A DNA stretch of 64,000 nucleotides from Candidatus Latescibacterota bacterium (GCA_965222605.1 OZ244960.1:5216001-5280000), one strand, 5' to 3'. Counted from the first letter of the stretch, positions 16,574 through 27,372 are shown. Translations and numbers: made by a program. The notes: generated by a model not told the origin, from the letters alone.

Positions 16574-19105
16574 CTATTGCTCCTTCGAGACACGCTTATT
16601 TTTCGATCGGCTTCCATAGTGGAAGCCGACCTCGCGGGTGGCCGTCTCACCACTCACCAGGTCCGTGATCGTCACCTCCAGGACGTTGATGCCGGGTTTG
16701 GCCTTGCTCAATTCCAACTCCACATATTCATTTTCACTCGACTCTGATCCGACTTGCTCGTAGGTCACTGAGACCTGAGGCTTCTTGCTCCTGAGGAGGG
16801 ATCGGAACCCGGAGGCAACCATTCCGACGATCCCCACCGAACCCTCGGGACTGAACCGGACCAGATATTGTACCTTGTAGCGGGTCTGACCGAAAGCGTC
16901 TTTATTCAGGTTGTAGATCTCGAAATAGGCATAGACCTTCTGGTCCGGTTTGTAGGCACGGGAGGGCATCGGTACCACCCAGATATTGCCCTTCCGAAAT
17001 CTGTTGTTCGATCCTTTATCGCCGATGGCGGAAGCGAGCTCGATGTCGCTCATCTGGAGCGTCTCTAACTGATAATCCTTGACCTCCAGGGACTGTTTGT
17101 AGGCCCCCACGTGCCCTGAGACCAGGTCCTTGAGTTGAACCTGGAGTTCGTATTTTCCAGGCGGCACCTGGACCTGAAGCACGTCGGGGACAAACGTCCC
17201 CTTCGCCCAGTTGGATTCTCCGGTGTTTCGATAGGAAAACGTGTCTGTCGTTCGGTAGATGTTGGTGTGGCCTTCGTCCGCCAGGGCCAGCGCGCCCTGC
17301 GCGTGGGCCATCGAACCCGTGTCTCCCTCGACGAATTCTACCTGTTTGGGTGAAATGCCGTAATAGACTTCGAGCGTGGTCTGGCCATCGGGGCCTCGGA
17401 AGTCGGCCAGGTCGTAGTAGAAGTGGAGGGCAGAGCCCCGGAGGCTGGGACGGTAATAGTCCGGGGTTGCGACAACGGTTCTTTCAAAGACGAGGCTGGG
17501 CGCATATTCGAGCATTCGCGCCGTATATTTCAACTGCCTGTGCCCAGCAGGGATCGGGGGAAGCGGGGCAAAGTCGTAGGTGCGGTTGCCCAGTTCGTCG
17601 GTAAAGGTAAACTCGATGCCGTTCTGGATCTGTGTATAAGTCCAGGTCTCCCAGGGCACCGTATTGACCTCGTTGTCGATAGTGAGGGGCGCATAGCCCT
17701 GGAAATTGAGCCGAGCTTTCAGATCCAGGATATCATCGGAAAGGCTCCCGAGTCTGTCTTCTTCTTGAGGGGTGGGAATATTCTGCAACATAAGACGATC
17801 CAGATACGAATCCGTTGATCCCGAAAGCGCTTCAACATTCTCATCATCCAGGGTGGGATCTTCAACGGCTGTCCCTTCAGCCATCTGACGGGAGTCAACG
17901 GTGACGTCATCAGACAGAGCGTCACGGCGCGTCCGGACCGGGAAGACCGGTCCGGTAAAGGTCAAATAATGAGCCTCGGGTCCATACATATCCACAGCCA
18001 TCCGGGTGCGCACGGCCTCAACTTCGGCACTCACACTGAGTTGCCTCAGGTCGGACCGCGACCTGTAGTCGGGTTCCCCATAGCGGATGTAAACCTCTCC
18101 CCGCCTGTCCCAGGGATGGGGCCCCTCAGCGAAGAGGGTGCGGGCATACCACACCCGACGATAGTGCTCAATGATGCGCTCGTTGACCGGGGTCATGATA
18201 TCGGAATCCCGACGCATCCAGAACTGCTCCAGATAGGCCTGGCGCTCCGAAGCTTCAACGATAGCCCGGTAGTCGTCGAGTTCCTTCTTGGAGGCCACAA
18301 GTGAGATGTCCGTATAGATCTGGCGCTCCCCTTCGTCCAGGTTCTGTAGATAGCGTTCGAAGTGTTCCAGGGCGGATTCGAAGCGCTCATGAAAGAAATA
18401 GCCCTGGGCTACCAGGGGCAGGAGCCGGAACTCCTGGGGATTGGCTTCCAGATAAGGGGTGAGGTAGGTGTTAATCTTGTCATATTGCCTGGCCTGCACG
18501 CAGGAGAGCCCGAAAGCGTAGAGGCCATTTGGGTCATCGGACTCCAGTTTAACGTATTTTAAATAGTATCCAATCGCCTTTTGGTAATCCTCCCGAAAGT
18601 GTTCGTAGGCCTCTCCGAGAAGCCAGTAGGCCGGGGCGTAGAGCGAATCGATCTTGACCGCCCGCTTGCCCTCGCCCACAGCACGCCGGAAATTGTAGAA
18701 GGCCGCCAGTCCCTTGCCAGGCATCTTGACGTAGGCCAGCCCTAAACCCACGCGGGCATCGGGGAGGTTGGGATCGAGTTCTTTGGCCGCCGCGAAGGCA
18801 TCTTTGGCTACCTCGAAGTCTTCCTTCTTGAGGGCAGCGTAGCCGAGCCGGATCTGGAGGGTGGCGTCTTTCGGGTATGCCTCGGCCAGGCGAGCAAAGG
18901 TATCAACGGCCTTGCCAAACTCGCTCGCTCGCACCTGCTGCTCCCCCAGGGTGATCATAGAGTCCCGCGCGGATTTGGAGAGGACTTGTGGTGCTGCCTC
19001 GGACGGTAGATCCTGGGCAGAGACGGCAAGTGTGAGGATCCAAATCAACGTCCAAAAGGGGACCAAAAAGAAAGTAAAACGCCGAAATCCGACAGAAACG
19101 CTCAT
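16574..19105 (-). CDS. GWxTD domain-containing protein with N-terminal TPR repeats
   Basis: TPR helices; FWMRRD..TPVNE...EHYRRVWYA...WDRRGEVYIRYGEPD; WETWTY; C-terminal Ig-like domains. Confidence 0.8.
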   Translation of the reverse strand: MSVSVGFRRFTFFLVPFWTLIWILTLAVSAQDLPSEAAPQVLSKSARDSMITLGEQQVRASEFGKAVDTFARLAEAYPKDATLQIRLGYAALKKEDFEVAKDAFAAAKELDPNLPDARVGLGLAYVKMPGKGLAAFYNFRRAVGEGKRAVKIDSLYAPAYWLLGEAYEHFREDYQKAIGYYLKYVKLESDDPNGLYAFGLSCVQARQYDKINTYLTPYLEANPQEFRLLPLVAQGYFFHERFESALEHFERYLQNLDEGERQIYTDISLVASKKELDDYRAIVEASERQAYLEQFWMRRDSDIMTPVNERIIEHYRRVWYARTLFAEGPHPWDRRGEVYIRYGEPDYRSRSDLRQLSVSAEVEAVRTRMAVDMYGPEAHYLTFTGPVFPVRTRRDALSDDVTVDSRQMAEGTAVEDPTLDDENVEALSGSTDSYLDRLMLQNIPTPQEEDRLGSLSDDILDLKARLNFQGYAPLTIDNEVNTVPWETWTYTQIQNGIEFTFTDELGNRTYDFAPLPPIPAGHRQLKYTARMLEYAPSLVFERTVVATPDYYRPSLRGSALHFYYDLADFRGPDGQTTLEVYYGISPKQVEFVEGDTGSMAHAQGALALADEGHTNIYRTTDTFSYRNTGESNWAKGTFVPDVLQVQVPPGKYELQVQLKDLVSGHVGAYKQSLEVKDYQLETLQMSDIELASAIGDKGSNNRFRKGNIWVVPMPSRAYKPDQKVYAYFEIYNLNKDAFGQTRYKVQYLVRFSPEGSVGIVGMVASGFRSLLRSKKPQVSVTYEQVGSESSENEYVELELSKAKPGINVLEVTITDLVSGETATREVGFHYGSRSKNKRVSKEQ

Positions 19106-19404
19106 CGTACACCTCGAGTCTATACACCGCTGGGATCTTGACTGTAAAGGTGGATCCTTCTCCAACCACTATTACGTCTACAGAACTTTAGAATAATATA
19201 AGGTTCGCTAACGGGAGAAGTCAAGCGGCAGGTCGTTATATTGCTGTGTCCTCACGAAGTTTAAAAAACTCCTTTTGAAATTTTTTAAAAAAAGCTAACT
19301 TAAACCGAAGACTGTCAGGCTGGGGTTCCCAGGTACACTCATGACGCAAAATTTATTCAGTCAGAGACGAGGCCCACCATGTCCGCACGCCGAGGAGGAG
19401 GGCT

Positions 19405-20595
19405 ATGCAGAAGCTCACTGTTTCACGAGATGACGAGATCTATGAAGCCTTCGCCGACATCGCTCGGACGCCGGACGGCACTCTTGTCTGCACCTACCGG
19501 GAAAGCCTGGCGCACGCTCCGTGGCCCTTCTCCAGGATTGTCGTGCGCCACAGCGAGGACGGTGGCTACACCTGGCAGCCCAAGCAGGTAGTCATTGAGA
19601 AGGATGGCAAGAAGGGGGAAGGGCGACTGAACTGTTCCCGCATCACAGTCTGCCGGGATGGAACCCTGTTGCTGATCGTAGATTTCTACGTGCCCGGTCG
19701 GGACCGGTTGGTGAATCCGGTCGAGAACCTGCTGTTCTGGAGCAGTGATTCGGGCCGGACATGGGAGGGGCCTATGGAGACGGGCATCACCGATGGGATC
19801 GTGCCTTCCATCAAGGAGCTTTCCAACGGCGACCTGCTCGTTGGTGTTACCCGCCAGCGTTCTACGGACGGGAGACTCTCCGGCCTGAAGGAAGAGCAGA
19901 CAATTTATCGTTCCGGCGACGGTGGTCGAACCTGGGATGGACCCTCAGTAGTTCCAGCCCCGCCTTACCTGCGGCTAAACGAAGGCGATTTTGCCGAACT
20001 GGACGATGGCACGGTGGTCTGCTACATGCGTGAAGATGGGGAGCGGTTCACGGGTTGGAAGAGTACTTCGAACGACGGTGGTCGCACATGGTCTGAAGCC
20101 TTTCGCAGCCAGATGCACTCCTGCCTTGGCCGTCCATCGGTCGGCCGGGTTCGGTCTGGCGAGATCGTTGTCACCTACCGCTTCTGCTCTGCGGTATCCA
20201 CCAGCTTGGCTCTGTATGTAGAGACTGCCGCCGAGGCGGTTCGCCGAGACGATCCGAACCCGAATGATTACGCGACCGACTATCGCCAGGCCAGGTTCGC
20301 CTTTCTGGACAATGACCGCAGCCTTCACCCCGATAGTGGCTATTCCGGGTGGGTGCAACTCCCCAGCGGCGATCTGTACGTGGTCAACTACATTACCGAT
20401 GACGCCCCCCGGGCTTTTATTCGGGGCTACATTGTCTCTCGCCATGATTGGTTTTTATTCCCGGAAGGCGCTGTGCCGTGTCTGCACCCATCATCCTCCC
20501 AGCCCTATGTAGAGTTGTCCGCCGAGTGGACCCGGAAGCAGCATGAGCGCAACCAGACGCAGGACTGGTCGCGCTACGTGCCAACACAGAAGTAA
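19405..20595 (+). CDS. Sialidase-family (BNR/Asp-box) protein
   Basis: Asp-boxes SEDGGYTW, SSDSGRTW, SGDGGRTW, SNDGGRTW; DSGYS motif; no signal peptide. Confidence 0.8.
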   Translation: MQKLTVSRDDEIYEAFADIARTPDGTLVCTYRESLAHAPWPFSRIVVRHSEDGGYTWQPKQVVIEKDGKKGEGRLNCSRITVCRDGTLLLIVDFYVPGRDRLVNPVENLLFWSSDSGRTWEGPMETGITDGIVPSIKELSNGDLLVGVTRQRSTDGRLSGLKEEQTIYRSGDGGRTWDGPSVVPAPPYLRLNEGDFAELDDGTVVCYMREDGERFTGWKSTSNDGGRTWSEAFRSQMHSCLGRPSVGRVRSGEIVVTYRFCSAVSTSLALYVETAAEAVRRDDPNPNDYATDYRQARFAFLDNDRSLHPDSGYSGWVQLPSGDLYVVNYITDDAPRAFIRGYIVSRHDWFLFPEGAVPCLHPSSSQPYVELSAEWTRKQHERNQTQDWSRYVPTQK

Positions 20596-20719
20596 GGAAG
20601 CGAACGCGCTGTTCAAGAGGAATATTAGCACTCGATTTACCATTATCCATGTTTTGCAATGCAGGTCCCCATCAGTTGCGCTATCTGGCGGGGATTTTCT
20701 ATACATGTGGTGGAGAATA

Positions 20720-22786
20720 ATGATCCGGAATATTCTGCACATAGGAATGGGCGTGGGCGTGGTCTTTTTGGGGCTGGTCGCCCTGGTGGAGTTACTGGGA
20801 TATGTGACCTGGTACCTGATGCCCAGGGATGCGGAGTCGATGCAACAGGCGTCCGAGTTTGAGGAGATCATGGGCAGGTTGGTACAAAGCCCCACAGAGG
20901 GGTCTATCCGGGTTGTGGTGCCAGACCGACACCCGAAGACGGCAAAAGCCGTGCATCGGGTTATGGAGTGGCCGCAGAAATGGGGACGACAGTTTCGGGA
21001 AGCTCCGATGCTAAAAAAGAGGGTGGCGGTGGGGGATCTACCACCGGTTGAGGACAGGGTGCCGGAAAATCCACTGATGATTGTACCGCCCCATCAGAAC
21101 GGGCCTTATGGAGGTACCTGGACGCGATTTGCAACGGGACCGAGAGATATAGGTATTGTTGAAGCGCGGTTTGCCTATGAGGGATTGGTGAGATGGGATC
21201 CGATGGGGCAAAAAATTCTTCCCAATCTGGCAACGCATTGGGAGATATCCGATGGGGGACGGACCTATACGTTCTGGCTGCGAAAGGGGGTGCGCTGGTC
21301 AGATGGGCATCCCTTTACGGTAGAGGATATTTTCTTCTGGCATGAAAATGTGCTGAATAATCAGGAGTTGACGCCGGTGGTCGCGCGGGATTTTCAGCGG
21401 GGAGGCGAGGTGATGGCGATGGAAAAAGTCGATGCTTACACCGTGCGTTTTCGCTTCAAGCGACCCAATGGTCTCTTTCTGAAATTGCTGGCATGGGGAC
21501 GCGGATACGAAATGTTGCGGTACCCGGCGCATTATATGGCGCAGTTTCATCCGCGGTATGTGGCACTGGAGAAATTAGAAGCGATGGCAAGGGAACACGG
21601 TTTTGATTTCTGGCACCAGCTTTTTCAAGACAAGCGAGACTGGCGGAACCCGGATATCCCCAGATTGTGGCCGTGGGTGGTCGTGGCACCTCCGCCCGCT
21701 CGTCCTTCTGTACTTGAGCGAAATCCCTATTATTGGAAGGTGGATCCAGAGGGGAACCAGCTTCCTTATATTGATCGTATGACCTTCGAGATTTATGACC
21801 GCGAGACGATCAATCTCAAAGCGATTAACGGGGAGATCGGGATGCAGGGGCGGCATATTCTGATCGAAAATTATTCCTTATTTATGGAAAATCAGTCACG
21901 CGGAGGGTACAGGGTGCTGCACTGGATTACTGGCGGAACCGGGGGTGAGAGTGTTGCGTTGAATTTGAACCACAAAGATCCGGTGATGCGCGAAATTATT
22001 TGGGATCGTCGGTTCCGCATTGCGCTGTCATATGCGATTGATCGGGGGGCGATTAACGAGGTCGGTGGGTTTGGTATCGGTCAGCCGAGACAACCGGCAC
22101 CTTTGCAAACATCGGTACATTATTCAGAGGCGTTTGAAAAAGCATATATCGAATATAAGCCGGATAAGGCCAACTCGCTTTTGGACGAGATGGGACTGAT
22201 GGAGAGAGATCGGTCCGGTATGCGATTGCGGCCGGATGGAAAGCCGATCAGGCTGGCAATTGAAACGATGTCGCTCAACAACCGGGTGCTGGAATTGGTG
22301 GCGAATTATTGGACGGCGGTGGGGGTGAAGACGGAGATCAAAGAGGAAGCCCGACAGCTTTATTACGAGCGAAGAAAGGCACTGATACACGATGCGGCAA
22401 CTGCGGGGGGTGAGGTTCAGAACCCACTTCTGGAACCGCGCCTGTTTGTCCCCTATAATGTGGGTTCGAGCCACGCGATTGGGTTCACGCATTGGCTTTT
22501 GACGAATGGAAAACGGGGGGAGACGCCTACAGGGGATATGCGACGCTGCATTGAACTGTTCTGGCAGATTGAGGAGACGCCTGACGAGGCGGAACAGGTT
22601 CGGTTGTTTGGGGAGATTGTAGAATTGAATCGGAAAAATCTCTGGGTGATCGGAACAATCGGGAGCATGCCCTCGATTATGCTGGTACACAATACATTTC
22701 GGAATGTGCCGGAAGTCGCCATGGCGTCATGGTCGGTCCGCACGCCCGCAAATACGGCGGTTGAGTGTTATGCGATTGAGCCATAG
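20720..22786 (+). CDS. ABC transporter substrate-binding protein (family 5, Opp/Dpp-like)
   Basis: LPPVEDRVPENP, YGGT, LRKGVRWSDGHPFT, ERNPYYWKVDPEGNQLPYID, FRIALSYAIDR; N-terminal TM anchor. Confidence 0.9.
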   Translation: MIRNILHIGMGVGVVFLGLVALVELLGYVTWYLMPRDAESMQQASEFEEIMGRLVQSPTEGSIRVVVPDRHPKTAKAVHRVMEWPQKWGRQFREAPMLKKRVAVGDLPPVEDRVPENPLMIVPPHQNGPYGGTWTRFATGPRDIGIVEARFAYEGLVRWDPMGQKILPNLATHWEISDGGRTYTFWLRKGVRWSDGHPFTVEDIFFWHENVLNNQELTPVVARDFQRGGEVMAMEKVDAYTVRFRFKRPNGLFLKLLAWGRGYEMLRYPAHYMAQFHPRYVALEKLEAMAREHGFDFWHQLFQDKRDWRNPDIPRLWPWVVVAPPPARPSVLERNPYYWKVDPEGNQLPYIDRMTFEIYDRETINLKAINGEIGMQGRHILIENYSLFMENQSRGGYRVLHWITGGTGGESVALNLNHKDPVMREIIWDRRFRIALSYAIDRGAINEVGGFGIGQPRQPAPLQTSVHYSEAFEKAYIEYKPDKANSLLDEMGLMERDRSGMRLRPDGKPIRLAIETMSLNNRVLELVANYWTAVGVKTEIKEEARQLYYERRKALIHDAATAGGEVQNPLLEPRLFVPYNVGSSHAIGFTHWLLTNGKRGETPTGDMRRCIELFWQIEETPDEAEQVRLFGEIVELNRKNLWVIGTIGSMPSIMLVHNTFRNVPEVAMASWSVRTPANTAVECYAIEP

Positions 22787-22808
22787 CCTATAGGAAGGAT
22801 GTGGATGA

Positions 22809-23836
22809 TTACTCGTCTATTGCCGAAAACTGAGCGGTTTGTTCAATCTTGCCATCGACAATGCCCATGTATCCAATTAGCATTTCGTCAAAACTTTGCT
22901 CACCCCAGTGGACCGTTGCGGACGGGTCGGGGTTGAGTTTGTTTTTCGCCGAATTGTCAAAGACGGCATGGCTGACTACGCGCGTTCCTGCGGGCAGGTA
23001 TTTGGGGGTCGAGGGGGCGTAGAACCGCTGCCAGTTGAATGTGTAATTGGGCACAGAGAGCAGGTTTTCGCGGGTTCCATCGGGATAATGGGCCACATAT
23101 CGAAAGCCCGCGCCCCGGAAGTGCATGTGGGGGAAGAAGGTGTAGAGCGTTACACCCTTTTCAAAGACTTTTATGGATGAATCGCGATGGGCACTGGCAT
23201 GTGGTGGGATTTTAATTTTCGGATTGGCGGGGCCGACCACGCGGTGTTCGCGCAGGTTTTGTGCATTGGTGAAATACAACCCCAGTTTGCTTTCATCCAC
23301 TTCGGGGCGTCCAGTAGTCGTGTAGTGGATTTGAAATTGGAGTTTGCTCCCTTTGGGGAGTAGTTGCGCCGTGCCCTTGGGCAGCATGACACCGTCCATG
23401 CCCGGTACATAAGAGGCAAAGATGCCGTCTAACCACCGGTTCTTTTTGACGGTTTTCAGTTTGTGTCCTTTGGGATAGATCACGCGCGCCAGTGCATGGC
23501 TGCGCGATTTCCCGGCAGAAATTCGGTACCTCGCACCCGCACATCGCGGTCGTCTTGCAAATTGGCATTGAGCATTAAAAATTGTACGCCTTTGGGCGCG
23601 TATTCATCGCGTATTGCGTTGAGGCTATGCACTGCATTGCGCACAATTGGGCAACCATTGCCCTGGACGAATAAGACGATGGCTGATGCGTCTGAATGCT
23701 CATAGAGCGTGTGGAATTCGCCGTTCTGGTCATAAAGGCCAAAATCATTAACGACAATATCCACCGATTGTGGCGTTTCGGGAATAGCAGAACAGCCGAT
23801 GAGAAGACAGGAAAGAATATACGAGAGGTGTTTCAT
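22809..23836 (-). pseudogene. Broken redoxin + copper type II monooxygenase-like lipoprotein gene
   Basis: Lipobox LIGC and redoxin QGNGCPIVR fused abruptly to VRGTEFLPGNRAAMH, then a frameshift near 23490 into ..YVPG..QIHY..FPHMHFRG..WGEQSFDEM. Confidence 0.7.
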
Positions 23837-23847
23837 AATATCTCTAT

Positions 23848-24750
23848 TTAAAAATCGCTACTTCGCAACAATTCCAGTACGCGATCGAGGTCATCATTGC
23901 TGTAAAATTCGATTTCGATTTTGCCCCTGGAGCCTCTGCGGTTGATGTTGACCGCTGTGCCAAAATAACGCTGGAGATCTTCTTCAAGAAATAGCAGGTT
24001 GGGATCTTTAGGCGGCGTGGATTTTTTTTCTGTGGTGCCTTCTTTTAGTGCTTTGACGAGGGCTTCTGTGCGGCGAACCGATAGTCCCTGTGCAATAATC
24101 TGCTGGCATAAGGCAATTTGTTGATCCGCGTTGTCAAGGCCCAGGAGTGTGCGGGCGTGACCAGCTGATATCTGCCCGGCTTGCAGGGCGTCGAGTACTT
24201 CAGATGCCAATGCGAGGAGGCGCAAGGTGTTGGCAACGGTGGAGCGGTCTTTGCCCACGTGTTCAGCAACCTCCTCCTGTGTGAGAAAACACTCGTCTAT
24301 GAGCATGCGATAAGCTCTGGCTTCTTCTATGGGGTTGAGATTTTCTCGCTGAATATTTTCAATCAGCGAGAGTTCCATCATTTCCTGGTCTGTACCCACA
24401 TCCATAACAATTGCAGGTACAACCGTGAGTTCGGCCTGGCGCGCGGCGCGAAAACGACGCTCGCCTGCGATCAGTTGATAGCCCGATCCAAAGCGGCGCA
24501 CGGAAATAGGCTGAATGATGCCTTTTTCGCGGATTGATTGCGCCAATTCGCTCACGGCTTTGGGATCAAATTCCGTGCGCGGCTGGTGGGGGTTGGGTTC
24601 AATATCATCAATGGATATTTCGATGATTTGCCTATGGCTCTGCCCCATGAGTGAAGGGGCTATTTCCGATGTGATCTGGTTGGCAGGGGTTTCATCGGCA
24701 CCGGGAATCAGGGCGCCCAATCCCTTGCCAAGGGCATTGCGTTTAGCCAT
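23848..24750 (-). CDS. parB: ParB/Spo0J chromosome partition protein
   Basis: ALGKGLGALI, NPHQPR, IAGERRFRAA, ENIQRENL. Confidence 0.96.
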   Translation of the reverse strand: MAKRNALGKGLGALIPGADETPANQITSEIAPSLMGQSHRQIIEISIDDIEPNPHQPRTEFDPKAVSELAQSIREKGIIQPISVRRFGSGYQLIAGERRFRAARQAELTVVPAIVMDVGTDQEMMELSLIENIQRENLNPIEEARAYRMLIDECFLTQEEVAEHVGKDRSTVANTLRLLALASEVLDALQAGQISAGHARTLLGLDNADQQIALCQQIIAQGLSVRRTEALVKALKEGTTEKKSTPPKDPNLLFLEEDLQRYFGTAVNINRRGSRGKIEIEFYSNDDLDRVLELLRSSDF

Positions 24751-25504
24751 TGAGGACCTCCCCGGCTAAGTTCATGTAATTTTGCGCGCCGGTAGATATA
24801 ATATCGTAGAGGATGATGGGTTTGCCAAAACTGGGTGCTTCGCCAAGTTTGACGTTGCGAGTGATAATCGTATTATAGACGCGGTCGCCAAAATGCGATT
24901 TGGTTTCTTCGGCAACCTGGCGCGCTAGATTGAGACGCCCATCGTACATGGTGAGCAGTACGCCTTCAATAGTGAGATGTGGATTGAGGTGTTGCTGCAC
25001 GAGGTGCAGGGTGTTGAGCAATTTACTCAGGCCTTCAAGCGCGTAGAATTCGCATTGTATGGGAATGAGCACAGAGTCGGCTGCCGTCAGCGCATTGAGC
25101 GTGAGCAATCCCAGTGCGGGGGGGCAGTCGATGATGATGAAGTCATAGGTTTCACGCGCTTGTAGGAGGGCATTTTTGAGGCGTTGTTCGCGCGATGTGA
25201 CGGAGACCATTTCCACTTCGGCGCCGATGAGGCGAATGTGAGAGGGCGCAATGCTGAGAAAGGGCAAGTCGCTTTCGTGGATTACTTCCATTAAGGGCAC
25301 GTCTTCGAGAAGCACTTCGTACACACAAGGCGTTTGTTCATCTATCACAATGCCACATCCGCTGGACGCATTGGCCTGTGGGTCTATGTCGAATAGCAGG
25401 GTTTGCTTTTCGGCAGTAGCCAGACACGCAGATAGGTTGACTGCGGTGGTGGTTTTGCCCACGCCGCCTTTTTGATTGGCTATGGCTATGACGCGTGCGG
25501 ACAT
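24743..25504 (-). CDS. parA: ParA/Soj ATPase
   Basis: NQKGGVGKTTT, DIDPQAN, IDCPP, EAPSFG; overlaps parB start. Confidence 0.96.
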   Translation of the reverse strand: MSARVIAIANQKGGVGKTTTAVNLSACLATAEKQTLLFDIDPQANASSGCGIVIDEQTPCVYEVLLEDVPLMEVIHESDLPFLSIAPSHIRLIGAEVEMVSVTSREQRLKNALLQARETYDFIIIDCPPALGLLTLNALTAADSVLIPIQCEFYALEGLSKLLNTLHLVQQHLNPHLTIEGVLLTMYDGRLNLARQVAEETKSHFGDRVYNTIITRNVKLGEAPSFGKPIILYDIISTGAQNYMNLAGEVLNG

Positions 25505-25630
25505 TTCAAACCCCGTAAATTTACTTTATAAATAGAGATATTCAAGTCGGTAGAATATAGTGTACGCATAGGGGAAAATCAAGCGCGGGCATTTATCGCT
25601 GCTTCTCGTTGTGGGATGGAAAGGCGAGGA

Positions 25631-27193
25631 TTATGGTGCTTTTTGCAATGGCTTATCTGAATACTGTGTAACATCAGAAAAAAGTACAAATTGGGATTCA
25701 CTAACGTCAGATTTTGGCATATATCGCGCGAGATGCTGGTCTTTGTGAAGTATCTCTGCAAGTGCGATCAAATCCAAACGCTTGAGTATATCGGCTGTAA
25801 TCGGACGTTTGGCATCCCAAAAAATGAAAGCATGCAAAAATTCATGCGCTGCTTTTGAGTTGAGGAGGTCTGCGAATAAAATCGCTTCATCTCGATTTGT
25901 GCATGGAAGAATATAACAGGTATCGTCAACCATTGCGGGTTTTCCGTCCAGAGGAGGGATGATTGAGAATTGAATTTTTTTGTATAACCCTGAAATCGCT
26001 ACTTTCCACTGGGCAAAGGAATAATCGCCGATGCCGAAGATAGAAAAACGCGGTTTATTTTTGTAAATAGAGCTTTTTCGCCGATCCAATTTGTCCGCAT
26101 GGTTTGTGAGATAAGCCCAGGTTCTGGGTGCCTTTTCTCGAATGATACGGGTTTCATCGCCGACTTTTCGCTGGGGTATGAGAACCCATCGCTCGGGCAT
26201 TTCTGTTTTGCATTTGACGACATGTGAACTTTTGTAAAGTGGGAACACAAACGTATCTTCTATATCGACAACTTCGCCTATGCCATTTACAAAAGTGCCA
26301 TTTTTGCGCGTAAATTCCATTATGCGGGCGCAGTCGTGCTTTACACCCGACCGCCATTTGAAAGGAATATGACCATCGAGTTGAGACCACTTTTTATATT
26401 TTTTTAAATCAGCTAAAATTTCAGTATTGTGCATCCCTATCTCAGAGATTTTACATTTATCCGAAATGCCCTGAAAAACATCGCACGATTTTGTTTTTGA
26501 AGGCGTGCCCGTCCTGCATACCAATAAGCACGCGGAGACAGAGACATTGAAATGCGCCTTAGAATCTATGATATACAAACGGGTATCGGAGATGCGAAAA
26601 TCGCGATTCCATATATATTTCAGTACTTTTCTCGCAACTGTGGTTTTGCAAAGCATCGCCAATAATGCGCTTCTGCTCTGTATTTTATCCAGTAGATGAA
26701 TGAGCATCCACTCGGATATATCGAAGTTGGATTTTCCCGTTATTGCATCGAATCCTTTGTGTCCCTGAAAATTGCTCTTAGAAGGTAGATTCGATCCCCG
26801 AATGCGCCCCAAACCCGAATTTGTTACCCAGGGCGGGTTGCCAAGTATTAGAATGGGTTGTGGCAGGTGGGCCAAAATATCTTCCCAATCAAGTTGAAAA
26901 AAATCTTCATTTTTGAGTTCGATTCGCGTATGGTCTCTTCCTTGCAGTCTTCGCTCAAGTGCCAGTAAATATTCCCTGTTGATTTCAATGCCCAAAAATT
27001 TTTGTGCCTGTTCAAAAGCGGCCATAGCACTCACTATAAATCCACCGGTGCCGCACGTTGGTTCAATGACGCTCTCTGGGCGCACGCCCATAGAATGCAG
27101 GAAATGACATATCTCATCTGTGAGTTCAGACGGCGTTTGAAAGTCACCAAATTCCACTTCACGGAGAGAATTTACTGTCAATTCGGGTTTCAT
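25631..27193 (-). CDS. N6-adenine/N4-cytosine DNA methyltransferase (gamma-type motif order)
   Basis: GDFQTP (motif X), EPTCGTGGF (motif I), GNPPW (motif IV); AT-richer than neighbours; alternative start 27232. Confidence 0.88.
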   Translation of the reverse strand: MKPELTVNSLREVEFGDFQTPSELTDEICHFLHSMGVRPESVIEPTCGTGGFIVSAMAAFEQAQKFLGIEINREYLLALERRLQGRDHTRIELKNEDFFQLDWEDILAHLPQPILILGNPPWVTNSGLGRIRGSNLPSKSNFQGHKGFDAITGKSNFDISEWMLIHLLDKIQSRSALLAMLCKTTVARKVLKYIWNRDFRISDTRLYIIDSKAHFNVSVSACLLVCRTGTPSKTKSCDVFQGISDKCKISEIGMHNTEILADLKKYKKWSQLDGHIPFKWRSGVKHDCARIMEFTRKNGTFVNGIGEVVDIEDTFVFPLYKSSHVVKCKTEMPERWVLIPQRKVGDETRIIREKAPRTWAYLTNHADKLDRRKSSIYKNKPRFSIFGIGDYSFAQWKVAISGLYKKIQFSIIPPLDGKPAMVDDTCYILPCTNRDEAILFADLLNSKAAHEFLHAFIFWDAKRPITADILKRLDLIALAEILHKDQHLARYMPKSDVSESQFVLFSDVTQYSDKPLQKAP

Positions 27194-27372
27194 TTTGGCT
27201 TTCCTGTGTGTGTACGACTTGAAGATAGTCATTTTTCGGCGTTTTTCAAGTCCCCATCAATTCTTTTTGGCAATTTTTGGATAGACATATCTCATTTAGG
27301 ACGTCGGGACTTTGGGCAAATTTTGGGCGACTGATTTTTAAATAAAAACCAATTTGTTGAACCAAAACAAAA

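Noticed and set aside
23848-25630. parS site or oriC next to parAB
   Set aside because: No TGTTTCACGTGAAACA-like palindrome or DnaA-box cluster found by eye; no dnaA/gidB nearby.
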